DNA of 64,000 nucleotides from assembly GCA_041666205.1 (NCBI GenBank), contig JBAYHI010000001.1, forward strand, positions 90,894-154,893, given 5' to 3'. The DNA comes from Patescibacteria group bacterium (GTDB taxonomy: Bacteria > Patescibacteriota > Patescibacteriia > UBA9934). The translations under genes and the position numbers were made by a program. Numbering within the stretch: the first letter of the stretch is position 1; each line of letters starts with the position of its first letter. This document shows, one piece after another, positions 46,068-55,847 of the stretch. Below the pieces are notes generated by a model. The model did not search any database and had not been told where the DNA came from. It saw only the letters and a program-made list of their open reading frames with translations.

Positions 46068-47822
46068 TTATCCGACGATGCGTAACACCTCGTCGATGGA
46101 TGTTAATCCCTCCGCGGCTTTTAAAACGCCGTCTTGAGCCATTGTAACCATTCCTTGTTTTTGCGCAACTTCGCGCATGGCGTATTCGGAAATATTGCTC
46201 TCAAGAATGAATTTTTCAATGGCTGCGTCTTTAATGAGAATTTCGTAGAGCCCGATGCGTCCTTTATAACCCGTGCCACTGCAGACATCGCATCCTTTTG
46301 CCGTGAAGAATTTCACCGTGCTCAAATCAGGTTTTGTTTCGCCCGAGGTTTCTGGAATGGTTGCAATCAGTTCCTCAACTTTTTTCTTGGTGTCCGCATC
46401 GAGTGTTACTGGCGTTTTACATTTATCGCAGAGCCGTCGCGCCAAGCGCTGACCCATGATGGCGTTAATGGCTGGCGCGAGCAAGAATGGCTTCACGCCC
46501 ATGGAAACAAATCGCGGAATGGCGCCTGCGGCATCGTTGGTGTGGATGGTCGAGAGCATCAAGTGACCGGTGAGGGAGGCTTGAATGGCCGTTTCGGCCG
46601 TTTCCAAATCGCGAATTTCTCCAACCATGATGATGTCAGGGTCTTGGCGCAGAATAGATTTCAAGCCTTTTGCAAACGTATAATCTTTGCTTGTGTCGAT
46701 CTGGGATTGATTGATGCCTTGAATCTTATATTCAATTGGATCTTCCAACGTGATGATTTTTACGCCCGGTTCATTGAGGCGCTCCAAAATTGCGTAAAGC
46801 GTGGTGGTTTTACCAGATCCGGTTGGACCGGTGGTCACAATCATGCCGTGAGGTTTGACGATTTCCGCTTCAAGACGTTTTAGGGACGCGGGGCGGAATC
46901 CAAGATTGGCAAATTCGAGTTTAACGGATTCGGTATTTAAAATACGCAAGACAACAGATTCCCCCCAGGCAGTCGGAAGCGTTGAAACACGAACGTCGAT
47001 TTTGTTCTTTTTTTGGTAAATCGTAAATCGTCCATCTTGCGGGCGATCCACAATATTAATTTTGAGGCCGGCAATGAGTTTGATGCGACTGATAATCTTT
47101 TTCCACTGTGAGCTGTCCAAGACAGCGGCTTCTTGCAAAATGCCGTCCACACGGAATCGAATGGCAATGCCAACTTCTTCTGCCTCAACGTGAATGTCGG
47201 ACGACCCGAGTTTGAGTGCTGCCGCAATTACGATTGCCAGTACGTCGGTCATGTTAGCGCCCGATAGCACCGTGGCAATGTCGCCGATTTTCTCCATCTT
47301 TTTTTGATACTCCGCGAGTTCTTCTTCTTTGATTTGCACGCCCTTAATGACTGCTTTGATTTTGGGAAGATTTGCGTAGAGTTTAAAACCTTCTTGGAAA
47401 CTTTCTTCCGTAATTTTATAAAGGGCGCCGTGGGCTTTATTGCGTTCGCCCAGTTGAAACACCAAATCTTTCACACGTTGATCGCTCGGATCAATGGCGG
47501 CCACGCGAAATTCCGATCCGGTAAATAAAAATGAAATCACCTTGAGCTCCGTGGATTGTGCTTCTGGAATGAGGGTGAGTGCATCGGGCGAAATAGGGAA
47601 GCCCTTCAAATTCACATATTCAACGCCAAGCATGCTGGCTTGTGATTGTGCTTCTGCTTCTTTCCCTGCGAGCTCAACGTGTTGCATTTTTTCTTCGAGC
47701 TTTCCTTCTGTTTTTTGAACCGAAGAAATATCAGCAGGTTTTGCCAAGGGAATCGGGGCCTGACCAGCAGGAGGAGTTGCTGGCGCCATTAAATCTTCAA
47801 TCGAGGGGAGATCTTGCGTCAT
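46068..47822 (-). CDS. GspE/PulE/PilB family type IV pilus assembly ATPase
   Basis: SDIHVE, PQDGRF, TGPTGSGKTTT, LEDPIEY, LRQDPD, GHL..STIHTN, two CxxC. Confidence 0.96.
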   Translation of the reverse strand: MTQDLPSIEDLMAPATPPAGQAPIPLAKPADISSVQKTEGKLEEKMQHVELAGKEAEAQSQASMLGVEYVNLKGFPISPDALTLIPEAQSTELKVISFLFTGSEFRVAAIDPSDQRVKDLVFQLGERNKAHGALYKITEESFQEGFKLYANLPKIKAVIKGVQIKEEELAEYQKKMEKIGDIATVLSGANMTDVLAIVIAAALKLGSSDIHVEAEEVGIAIRFRVDGILQEAAVLDSSQWKKIISRIKLIAGLKINIVDRPQDGRFTIYQKKNKIDVRVSTLPTAWGESVVLRILNTESVKLEFANLGFRPASLKRLEAEIVKPHGMIVTTGPTGSGKTTTLYAILERLNEPGVKIITLEDPIEYKIQGINQSQIDTSKDYTFAKGLKSILRQDPDIIMVGEIRDLETAETAIQASLTGHLMLSTIHTNDAAGAIPRFVSMGVKPFLLAPAINAIMGQRLARRLCDKCKTPVTLDADTKKKVEELIATIPETSGETKPDLSTVKFFTAKGCDVCSGTGYKGRIGLYEILIKDAAIEKFILESNISEYAMREVAQKQGMVTMAQDGVLKAAEGLTSIDEVLRIVG

Positions 47823-48841
47823 GTACGAGAAAATAAGGAGAAAAATTTTCGACTCAGATGTTCAAGTGCCGGATGCCATTTAATAAATCGCAATCGTTGC
47901 GCGCATTCCACCCAAACGGCGTAGTTGAAGGTGGTAATAAATGCGGTGTAGAGAAGCCCGGCTGTTACAATCAGGAGAAATCCAAGGATGGAAAAAATCG
48001 TGGATCCGGCGCCAACGCCCCAAGCAATGAGCACGGCCGAGAGAAGTCCCAGAGGAATGTAGAGCACAAAGAGAATGAGAATTCCCACGAATGCGACCAC
48101 AAGGTTGAGAAGATAAAGCAAGAGCCCAAGTTCAATCGCGAGCAACCAGTGATGGCGCAAGAGGCGACTTGTATCTTTCAGTGCGTCAACGATCGATTTT
48201 CCTGCATGCACAATATCTACAATGAGGAGCATGCCAAATAGATTGATGATGAGAAAGAGCGGAATGAGCAGGGTATAGAATGCGGCAAAAATGAGCATGT
48301 GCGCATCGGGGTTGGTCTCAAGAAGCCAGCCCAATGGGAATGATGCACCAAGCACAAGCAGCACGAGGATGATGATGACAGAAAGGTTTACGCCCGCAAG
48401 ACGGAACAGATGCAGATGATGCACGCCCGCAAGTAATTCTCGCCACGAAAGATGCGTTTGCATGACCGATGCGCGATACACGCCTTTCACGAGCACCTGC
48501 TGAGCAATAAGGGAACACACAATCACGAGTGCGATTGCAGCAACACCAAGCACGATGCTCAAAATCGTGCGCCAGGAATCTTCCACCATGAGTTGTTGCG
48601 CCCATTCAAGAATCCATGGGAATTGATCAACAAGGACTTGTTTCATGGCCGTGCCCATTTCATTGGCAGGTTCTAGGCGCCAAAAAATATTGAGGACTTG
48701 TTGGAAGACGGCGCCGGAATTTAAGAGCGACGCAAAAATCGCAAATACCCACAATTCCTTGTGCTGTCTTGCGATTTTCCACGCTCGTTCCAAAATCGTG
48801 TGATAGATGTCGAGGGTAGAACCAAACCGTAATAATTGCAT
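47819..48841 (-). CDS. Hypothetical polytopic membrane protein
   Basis: ILERAWKI...LWVF start, several TM helices; start uncertain (48841 or 48880). Confidence 0.75.
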   Translation of the reverse strand: MQLLRFGSTLDIYHTILERAWKIARQHKELWVFAIFASLLNSGAVFQQVLNIFWRLEPANEMGTAMKQVLVDQFPWILEWAQQLMVEDSWRTILSIVLGVAAIALVIVCSLIAQQVLVKGVYRASVMQTHLSWRELLAGVHHLHLFRLAGVNLSVIIILVLLVLGASFPLGWLLETNPDAHMLIFAAFYTLLIPLFLIINLFGMLLIVDIVHAGKSIVDALKDTSRLLRHHWLLAIELGLLLYLLNLVVAFVGILILFVLYIPLGLLSAVLIAWGVGAGSTIFSILGFLLIVTAGLLYTAFITTFNYAVWVECAQRLRFIKWHPALEHLSRKFFSLFSRT

Positions 48842-48897
48842 ACCTCCAAAAAACAAAAACGCTCCATGGGTATTATACACGGAGCGCCTTTCTTCTT

Positions 48898-50748
48898 CTA
48901 CTGTGACGGTCGAATCTCCAGGCTTGGGCGCGGGGCGTGTGGACCAACAATCGCTTCGAATGCTTCTTTTTCGATTGTTTCGGTCTTCAAGAGCGCTTCC
49001 ACGACCGCATCGAGTTTTGCGCGTTCCTTGTGGATGATTGCGGTTGCGCGATCGAGCGCTTCGCCAACGAGTCGTCGCACTTCGGCATCGATGTCTTGCG
49101 CGGTTTTTTCGGAATAGTCACGCTTCTCGTGAATTTCTTTCCCAAGGAAGATGAGCTCCTCGGTTTCTCCGTAGGTTCGAGCTCCAAGCGATTCGCTCAT
49201 GCCGTATTGGGTTGCATACGATTTTGCCATCTGTGTGACTTTTTTCAAATCATTGGATGGCCCGGTTGAAACGTCGCCAAAAATCGCGCGCTCCACGGCG
49301 TATCCACCCAAGATCATGGCCATATCGTCGAGGAATTCCTGGCGATGGTGAATTTTTTTGTCTTCACTTGGCAAACTCATGGTGTAGCCTGCTGCCATGC
49401 CACGCGAGATAATGGAAATTTTGTGCACGTCGTCGGCGCAGGGAAGGAAGTGACCAACGATGGCGTGGCCAGCTTCGTGGTAGGCCGTGATTTTTCGTTC
49501 ATCGGGCGAGAGCACCGAGCTTTTGCGCTCAGGCCCCAGCATGACTTTTTCAATCGCATTGAGTAAGTGGATCTGTGAAATTTTCTTTTTATTTTCGCGT
49601 GCCGCAAGAATGGCGCCTTCGTTCATGATGTTCATGAGATCGGCTCCGGAGAATCCAATCGTGCGCTCGGCAATGCGGCGAAGCGCCACATCTTCTTCGA
49701 GCGGTTTACCCACCGCATGCGTTTGCAAGATTTGTTCGCGCTCCACGAGGTTTGGCAAATCAAGCGTGACTTGGCGATCAAATCGGCCCGGGCGCAAAAG
49801 CGCGGGGTCAAGCACATCGGGTCGGTTTGTGGCAGCAATTACAATCACTCCGCTATTTGGATCAAATCCATCCATCTCCACCAAGATTTGATTGAGCGTT
49901 TGCTCACGTTCATCGTGTCCGCCCCCAAGCCCTGCGCCACGCTGACGTCCCACCGCATCGATTTCATCGATGAAGATAATACATGGTGCGGTCTTTTTTG
50001 CTTTCGCAAATAAATCGCGCACACGCGAGGCGCCAACGCCCACGAACATTTCCACAAATTCCGATCCGGAGATGTGGAAAAATGGTACGTTTGCTTCGCC
50101 CGCAACCGCGCGCGCGAGAAGCGTTTTTCCGGTTCCAGGTCGACCCATCAGCAAGACGCCTTTTGGAATCTTGGCGCCGACCTCGATATATTTTTTTGGA
50201 TGCTTCAAAAAGTCTACGATTTCGGTGAGTTCTTCTTTTGCTTCTTTTGCACCCGCCACATCTTTGAACGTGACTTTATTCTTTTTTGAACTTGCTTCTT
50301 TTGCATGCGCTTGTCCAAATGAGAGCGCTTTATTATTTGCGCCTTGCATCTGCCGAGAAATCAGCCAGAAAACGACCACAAATCCAATCAAGAACAAAAG
50401 GGTTGGCAAAATTGATTTCATGATGGAAATCGCAGCGCTTGGATCCTTTGTTTCAATTTGGACTTTTTGCAATTGCTCGGTGGTGACGCCGTAATTGGTG
50501 AGAAGCTCGGAAAGGGATTGGCTTGATTCTTTTTTTGCCAAGAAGGTTGTGCCGTTTTGATCAATAATGGTGAGAAGATCTTCTTGCACCGTTACAGACG
50601 CCACATCGCCCGCTTCAATTTTTTCAATGAAGTTCGTGGTTGAGATGGTTTCTGGTTTATCGGTTTTTAGCTGATACGAAGAAAAAATCACGCCCAGCGC
50701 AACGATCATAAGGAGGAAGATGATGAGATTTTTTGAAAGGGGTTTCAT
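48898..50748 (-). CDS. ftsH: ATP-dependent zinc metalloprotease FtsH
   Basis: 2 [28 protein letters not shown]. Confidence 0.99.
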   Translation of the reverse strand: MKPLSKNLIIFLLMIVALGVIFSSYQLKTDKPETISTTNFIEKIEAGDVASVTVQEDLLTIIDQNGTTFLAKKESSQSLSELLTNYGVTTEQLQKVQIETKDPSAAISIMKSILPTLLFLIGFVVVFWLISRQMQGANNKALSFGQAHAKEASSKKNKVTFKDVAGAKEAKEELTEIVDFLKHPKKYIEVGAKIPKGVLLMGRPGTGKTLLARAVAGEANVPFFHISGSEFVEMFVGVGASRVRDLFAKAKKTAPCIIFIDEIDAVGRQRGAGLGGGHDEREQTLNQILVEMDGFDPNSGVIVIAATNRPDVLDPALLRPGRFDRQVTLDLPNLVEREQILQTHAVGKPLEEDVALRRIAERTIGFSGADLMNIMNEGAILAARENKKKISQIHLLNAIEKVMLGPERKSSVLSPDERKITAYHEAGHAIVGHFLPCADDVHKISIISRGMAAGYTMSLPSEDKKIHHRQEFLDDMAMILGGYAVERAIFGDVSTGPSNDLKKVTQMAKSYATQYGMSESLGARTYGETEELIFLGKEIHEKRDYSEKTAQDIDAEVRRLVGEALDRATAIIHKERAKLDAVVEALLKTETIEKEAFEAIVGPHAPRPSLEIRPSQ

Positions 50749-50861
50749 AAGGGTATTTGAAGCGGAATCGTATCATGGGATTTCGGGTTTGAGAAGGGGT
50801 ATCATTTTATCGTCATCGAGATAGAAATGAATTATAATGGTCTCAGATAATTAGAGATTTT

Positions 50862-52559
50862 ATGGTATTTAGCGAGCGTGCTTCAGGGGATGGAGCGTCA
50901 CAATCGGAAACGCGGAAAAATCAACCCGACGTTATTTCCGCAGCGATGGAACAACATGGTCGCGTGGAGCAGCAAACCATGCTCAAATTAATTGAGGATG
51001 GACATGAAAAAGAGGTCATGCAGTTTCTGGAGGATTTTACCGGAGTCAACAAAGAGATTGCGCTGAAACTAATTGATCGTGGTTCTTTTTTGTGGGTGCT
51101 TGCTCAAAAAGAACGGTTTGACGATCTTGATGACAATGAGATTGCAGAACGGTTGATAAAAACGTCGCAGGGGAGTTCATTTGCTGGGTATTTACGCGAG
51201 TTTAACGATCTCAATAATGACACGGCTCTGGCACTCGTAAAGGAAGGCTATGGGTGGACGATTGGAAGAAGTCCTCAAAAATTTCATCAGTTGAGTGAAG
51301 AGGTTGGGTTGGGACTTATTCGATCCGGAGACGGAACGTTTATTGCGCAGCATGTAGAATTATTTCGTGATGTAGATGAGAAAAAATTTGCGCTCGCATT
51401 TCTAGAAAAACAAAACATCCGTGCCTTTTTCCAGATGGCTAGTCGTATCGATTTTTCATTAAAAGAAAAAGAAGATATCCAAGCAACGATGGGGGAGGCG
51501 CTTCATACATTTATCACGTCCGCAAGTGAGCAGGCCGTGCGAACGCGCGACTATGACTCACTGTTATTATTTGCTGAATGGGAAGCAGAACCCATCCTCA
51601 AACCAGAGGCTGTAACAAAGCAAATACATCAACTCATAAAAGATGAGAATTATGTAGCCGCCTCTTCACTGCTTACGTATGCGAATCGTTTTGCAATGCC
51701 GTTGGATGAATCCGTTAAACAGAAAATTTCATTAGGGTTTGCCAAGGAGATGGAGGCACGTGAGCGTCGACAAGAACGGAGATTAGATGAGAAAAAAGAA
51801 CGGATTGTGATGCATGAGATGGCTCAATTCTACGCAGATCAATATGTGAACGCTTCGCTAAAAGGCATGATAGGGACCGTACAAAGAATAAAACCGTACG
51901 GATATGAATTGCCGTTTAGAGATTTAGTAGTTCTCAATGATTTTGATACAGCAATTCAAAAACACACGCATGAAATTTTTACCTGGATGCGCGAATACCT
52001 TGTACGGGCGGTTTTTTCAGAATTGAGAATTCAAAGACAACTCGAGTCTTCCGAGAGAGATGTTCGACCGGCGCGCGTTTCACATACAGGGATCGACGAA
52101 GAATCCGCGGAAGCCTTTTTGCGACTCGCTACGGAGGAAGAAATCCGGACCTATCTTTGCAGGGCAAAAGAACGATTTCTTGAGAATAACTGGCGGCCTA
52201 CATTTGGTGGAAAACCGTGGGCAAATGTTGCAGAGGCGGCCGAGCGTATGTGGAAATCTGCGGAGGCACGAGGGATTTATGGGGAGGATGTTTGTGTGGA
52301 CATCGTATTTGATCTCGAACACAATACGGGATCGGTTTTTGATAAAGATTCCAAGCGTATCAAAAAAAGTGAAGAGGATAAAAAATTCTCAAATGCAAAG
52401 CGTGATGCGCATTCCGCAGAAGAATTGGCACAAAAAATTCAAGATCAAGCGGGACGTGACGATATCGCACAATCCCTACGCCATCGGACTGCGGTTCTTC
52501 GAAAAATTGAATCCAAGGTCAATGAATTGGCTGAGGAATATACCAAACACATTTCATAG
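50862..52559 (+). CDS. Hypothetical protein with N-terminal helical repeats
   Basis: Repeats of (I/V)A..LI..G......F..L; C-terminal FGGKPW...DLEHNTGSVFDK. Confidence 0.75.
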   Translation: MVFSERASGDGASQSETRKNQPDVISAAMEQHGRVEQQTMLKLIEDGHEKEVMQFLEDFTGVNKEIALKLIDRGSFLWVLAQKERFDDLDDNEIAERLIKTSQGSSFAGYLREFNDLNNDTALALVKEGYGWTIGRSPQKFHQLSEEVGLGLIRSGDGTFIAQHVELFRDVDEKKFALAFLEKQNIRAFFQMASRIDFSLKEKEDIQATMGEALHTFITSASEQAVRTRDYDSLLLFAEWEAEPILKPEAVTKQIHQLIKDENYVAASSLLTYANRFAMPLDESVKQKISLGFAKEMEARERRQERRLDEKKERIVMHEMAQFYADQYVNASLKGMIGTVQRIKPYGYELPFRDLVVLNDFDTAIQKHTHEIFTWMREYLVRAVFSELRIQRQLESSERDVRPARVSHTGIDEESAEAFLRLATEEEIRTYLCRAKERFLENNWRPTFGGKPWANVAEAAERMWKSAEARGIYGEDVCVDIVFDLEHNTGSVFDKDSKRIKKSEEDKKFSNAKRDAHSAEELAQKIQDQAGRDDIAQSLRHRTAVLRKIESKVNELAEEYTKHIS

Positions 52560-52599
52560 GAAACAAAAAACCACCCGATTGCTCGAGTGGTTTTTCATT

Positions 52600-53856
52600 T
52601 TAGGCTTCTGCGACTGGGGTTTCTTCTGGTTTTGTTTCGACAATTGCCTCGGCAATCGGTGGCGCGATTTCTTCCGATTTTTCTTCCTGAGCGGGCAGGT
52701 CGCGACCTGCCCCTACGGCGACGTCCTCTTTTGTTTCCTCTGGTTTTGCGTCCAGCGCCTTGATTGAAAGACCAAGACGATGTTCTTGTGGTTCAATCGA
52801 GACGATTTTGAATTTTCGTACTTCACCGATCTTTGCGACCGTGGAGAAATCTGTGACCGGTTTGCTTGAAAGTTCTGACACGTGGGCAAGGCCGTGAATG
52901 TCGCGGTCAAGCTCCACGAAAAGTCCGAATGGATTGTACTTGAGGACTTTTCCTTCAACCACATCGCCAATCTGATAGCGTGACCCTACGCCGGCCCATG
53001 GATCTTCCATAAGTTTTTTCATGGAAAGGAAGATCTTGCTTCCTTCAATGCCCACGATTTGTGCTTTTACGAGCTGACCGACTTTCAAGATGTCGCGTGG
53101 GTGATCAATACGCTGCCAAGCGATTTCTGAAATGTGTACGAGTCCTTCGAGAGGCGATGCGTTCTCCCCCTGTGGGTGGAATTTTACGAATGCACCAAAG
53201 TCTGCAAGGGCGGTGACTTCACCTTCAATCACATCGCCTGTTTTGATTTGAGAAATAACAGCATGTTGCTCGTCTTCCCAAACGGCTTTTTCAGAGACAA
53301 TGAGCTTCTCTTCGGTTTCATTGAGGTCAAGCACTTTTACGCGCATGGTGGTGCCAATGAAGGAATTGAGCTTATCGAGAATTTTTTGTTTGTCGCCACC
53401 GGTGACACGTGGATAATTTTCTGGAGCAAGTTGTGAGACTGGCAAAAATCCATTGATGTGGCCGAGTTTTACAATGAGCCCACCTTTATTTGCGTCAATG
53501 ACTTTTGCGTCAACCGTCATATTGACCTGCAAGTTGTCGCGCAAGGTCTGCCAGGATTTCTTATTGCCGGCGTAGAGGAATGAAAGTTCCATTTCGCCAT
53601 TTTCGTTTTCCAAATTGATTACGGTTGCTTCTACTTCGGATCCGATTTTCAAATCCGTATAGGTTCCGCTGTCGGTAAACAATTCTTTTCCGCGTACCAC
53701 GCCCGTGGTGAGCCCACCAACGTCAATACGAACTTCACGCCCTTTTGTGGAAAGCACGCGTCCTTTAATAAGATCCCCAACTTTTGGGATATTTAAAAAC
53801 TCGCCTTGGCTCAAAAGCTCGGCAAGTTCATTCTGTTTTGCGATTTCTTCTGTCAT
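52600..53856 (-). CDS. rpsA: 30S ribosomal protein S1 (four S1 domains)
   Basis: NKGGL, GFLPVSQL, FGAFV...GLVHISEI, FGLFV...GLAHVSEL, LGLSIK. Confidence 0.93.
   Translation of the reverse strand: MTEEIAKQNELAELLSQGEFLNIPKVGDLIKGRVLSTKGREVRIDVGGLTTGVVRGKELFTDSGTYTDLKIGSEVEATVINLENENGEMELSFLYAGNKKSWQTLRDNLQVNMTVDAKVIDANKGGLIVKLGHINGFLPVSQLAPENYPRVTGGDKQKILDKLNSFIGTTMRVKVLDLNETEEKLIVSEKAVWEDEQHAVISQIKTGDVIEGEVTALADFGAFVKFHPQGENASPLEGLVHISEIAWQRIDHPRDILKVGQLVKAQIVGIEGSKIFLSMKKLMEDPWAGVGSRYQIGDVVEGKVLKYNPFGLFVELDRDIHGLAHVSELSSKPVTDFSTVAKIGEVRKFKIVSIEPQEHRLGLSIKALDAKPEETKEDVAVGAGRDLPAQEEKSEEIAPPIAEAIVETKPEETPVAEA
52692..52718 (-). repeat. REP palindrome embedded in-frame in the rpsA tail
   Basis: Reverse complement identical over 27 bp to 37613-37639. 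Confidence 0.9.
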
Positions 53857-53996
53857 ATTTTTTGTCCTGCCAGCGTTTCGTCCTCTTCAAGAGGACTCTG
53901 GGCCAACAGGTATTAAGAATTAAATGTGCGGGAAGTGTAGCGAAATTCGGATTTTATGTCAATACATGGTACCCTTTTTCTATTCACTTATTTTTT

Positions 53997-54695
53997 ATGG
54001 ATCACCCACATCAACACTTTTTGGACGAATTTCGTATCGCAATCGATAAATTGGTTCCTCTCATTCCAAAGGAACTCAAAGAGGAGGCAGAAACGCTCTT
54101 AGCCGAACTTTCCGCAAATCCAGAGATTTCAGAGCGCCAAATCCACCAAGCGCTTGTGCTTGTAGGACGCAAAGAATATCCCTACCGCCACGCCTACCAT
54201 GAACTCTGCGAAGGCGACGAGGAGAAACGACTGCAATCAATTGTGTTTGAGCGCCTCGAGCCAGCGGTGCGGACAAAAATCGAAGACGTCACGAAAAATG
54301 GCGTCATGATCGATGATTTTGTTGCAAGCAAATTATTTGAAGAACAACTTACTGCAGAGGAACGCCATCAAATCGAGCAGGCGATTTTTGCAGCCGAAGA
54401 TGTGCTCGAGCACCAATGCAATGAACGCGCTGAACAACGCAAATTGCAATACGATGAGCTTGTCAAAAAATATCAAGAACAGGTAAATCGTATTCAGGGC
54501 ATGATCGATACCCTCAAAACAATGGCAGAAAAAGATCCAAAATGGAAAGGAGAAATCGAAAGCGTCGTTGATCGTTTGGAAGAAGGGTGGTCGCTCGTGG
54601 AACGTGATCCGGAAGAGGAAGAGGTCAAGAAAGAAATTGAATCGTGGTCGGCAATTTTTGCCGAAGGAAAAGGAGAAGAGGGCGGGATCATCTAG
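53997..54695 (+). CDS. Hypothetical acidic coiled-coil protein
   Basis: ATG 53997 (MDHPHQ...); upstream extension overlaps rpsA. Confidence 0.8.
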   Translation: MDHPHQHFLDEFRIAIDKLVPLIPKELKEEAETLLAELSANPEISERQIHQALVLVGRKEYPYRHAYHELCEGDEEKRLQSIVFERLEPAVRTKIEDVTKNGVMIDDFVASKLFEEQLTAEERHQIEQAIFAAEDVLEHQCNERAEQRKLQYDELVKKYQEQVNRIQGMIDTLKTMAEKDPKWKGEIESVVDRLEEGWSLVERDPEEEEVKKEIESWSAIFAEGKGEEGGII

Positions 54696-54763
54696 ACCAT
54701 TTTTCTCTGTACGAATGGAGGGTTTCGTGCTACAATAGCCCCATCTTTTGTTTGTAAAACCCT

Positions 54764-55414
54764 ATGCAAATTACCTGGCACGGACTTTCTTGTTTTGAAA
54801 TCAGCGCAAAACCGGGCGCAACAGATGTAACGGTTATTACCGATCCGTTTTCTGATGAAGCGGGCATAAAGACTCCCCGGTCCATGAAAGCGGCCATGGT
54901 GATTGTGTCCCACGATAGTCCGCTGGCAAGCAATGTGGTTGCGGTTGCCGGGCCCGAGGAAAACTCTCGCCCGTTTCCTGTTGTGCATGCTGGGGAGTAT
55001 GAGGTGCAGGGGATTTTTGCAACCGGTATTCGTGTGCCAAAAAAAGACGGCACCGAGCATACGATTTATCGTATTTTTGCCGAAGGCATTAAAGTTGCTT
55101 TTTTGGGCGCGCTCGATCGCGCTCTAACCGAAGAAGAAAATAAAACCCTTGGCGACATTGATATTTTGCTTGTGCCTGTTGGCGGCGGCCCTGTGCTTGG
55201 AACCGATGCTGCGCAAGATGTTGTGAATCAGGTGGAGCCACGCTTGGTGGTGCCGTATTATACGATGGTGCCTGGGTGTACCTTGACGCTCGACTCTGTA
55301 GAGCCATTCTGCAAGGAATTATCCTGCAGTCGCGAAGACGCACCGAAATTCAAAATCAGCAAAGCCGGATTACCCGAAGAAGAAATGAAAATGGTTGTCT
55401 TGTCCAAAGAATAG
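54764..55414 (+). CDS. MBL-fold metallo-hydrolase-like protein (degenerate metal motif)
   Basis: MQITWHGLSCF, ITDPF, VSH, GEYEV.G, DIDILLVPVGGG, EPRLVVP. Confidence 0.85.
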   Translation: MQITWHGLSCFEISAKPGATDVTVITDPFSDEAGIKTPRSMKAAMVIVSHDSPLASNVVAVAGPEENSRPFPVVHAGEYEVQGIFATGIRVPKKDGTEHTIYRIFAEGIKVAFLGALDRALTEEENKTLGDIDILLVPVGGGPVLGTDAAQDVVNQVEPRLVVPYYTMVPGCTLTLDSVEPFCKELSCSREDAPKFKISKAGLPEEEMKMVVLSKE

Positions 55415-55417
55415 CCT

Positions 55418-55834
55418 ATGCAACTTGCGCGCCCTGTCAATCGGAAAAAAGAGCGCATGGCGATGATCCTCATCGTCGCCATTGGACTATTGGTTTTTTT
55501 GATTTGGCTCTTTCAACTGGGGGTGCTGTTTTCAAAAGGCGCGGAAACCATTCCGCAAGAAATCGGTGTATCGCGGGCAAATTTGCAAGCAGGGATTGAT
55601 TATGCAAAATCCTTGCAAGAAGCACTCCCAATTGCCGATGGAAGTCTTTCCGATATTATCGATCAAGGAAAAACCATTACCGATTCGGTTGCAGAGCAAA
55701 GTCTGATGGAGTCCATTGCAAATGCGCTCAAGGGAAAATATGAAGAACAACATGCGGACGTAAAAATTCAGGCGGGGTTGCCAAAAGCAGGGGACGCCAC
55801 CTGGACGATTGATCCAACATTAAACGCTCAATAA
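55418..55834 (+). CDS. Hypothetical single-TM protein
   Basis: ORF tightly packed between the MBL gene and gyrA. Confidence 0.7.
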   Translation: MQLARPVNRKKERMAMILIVAIGLLVFLIWLFQLGVLFSKGAETIPQEIGVSRANLQAGIDYAKSLQEALPIADGSLSDIIDQGKTITDSVAEQSLMESIANALKGKYEEQHADVKIQAGLPKAGDATWTIDPTLNAQ

Positions 55835-55847
55835 TTTCGCACGGACT

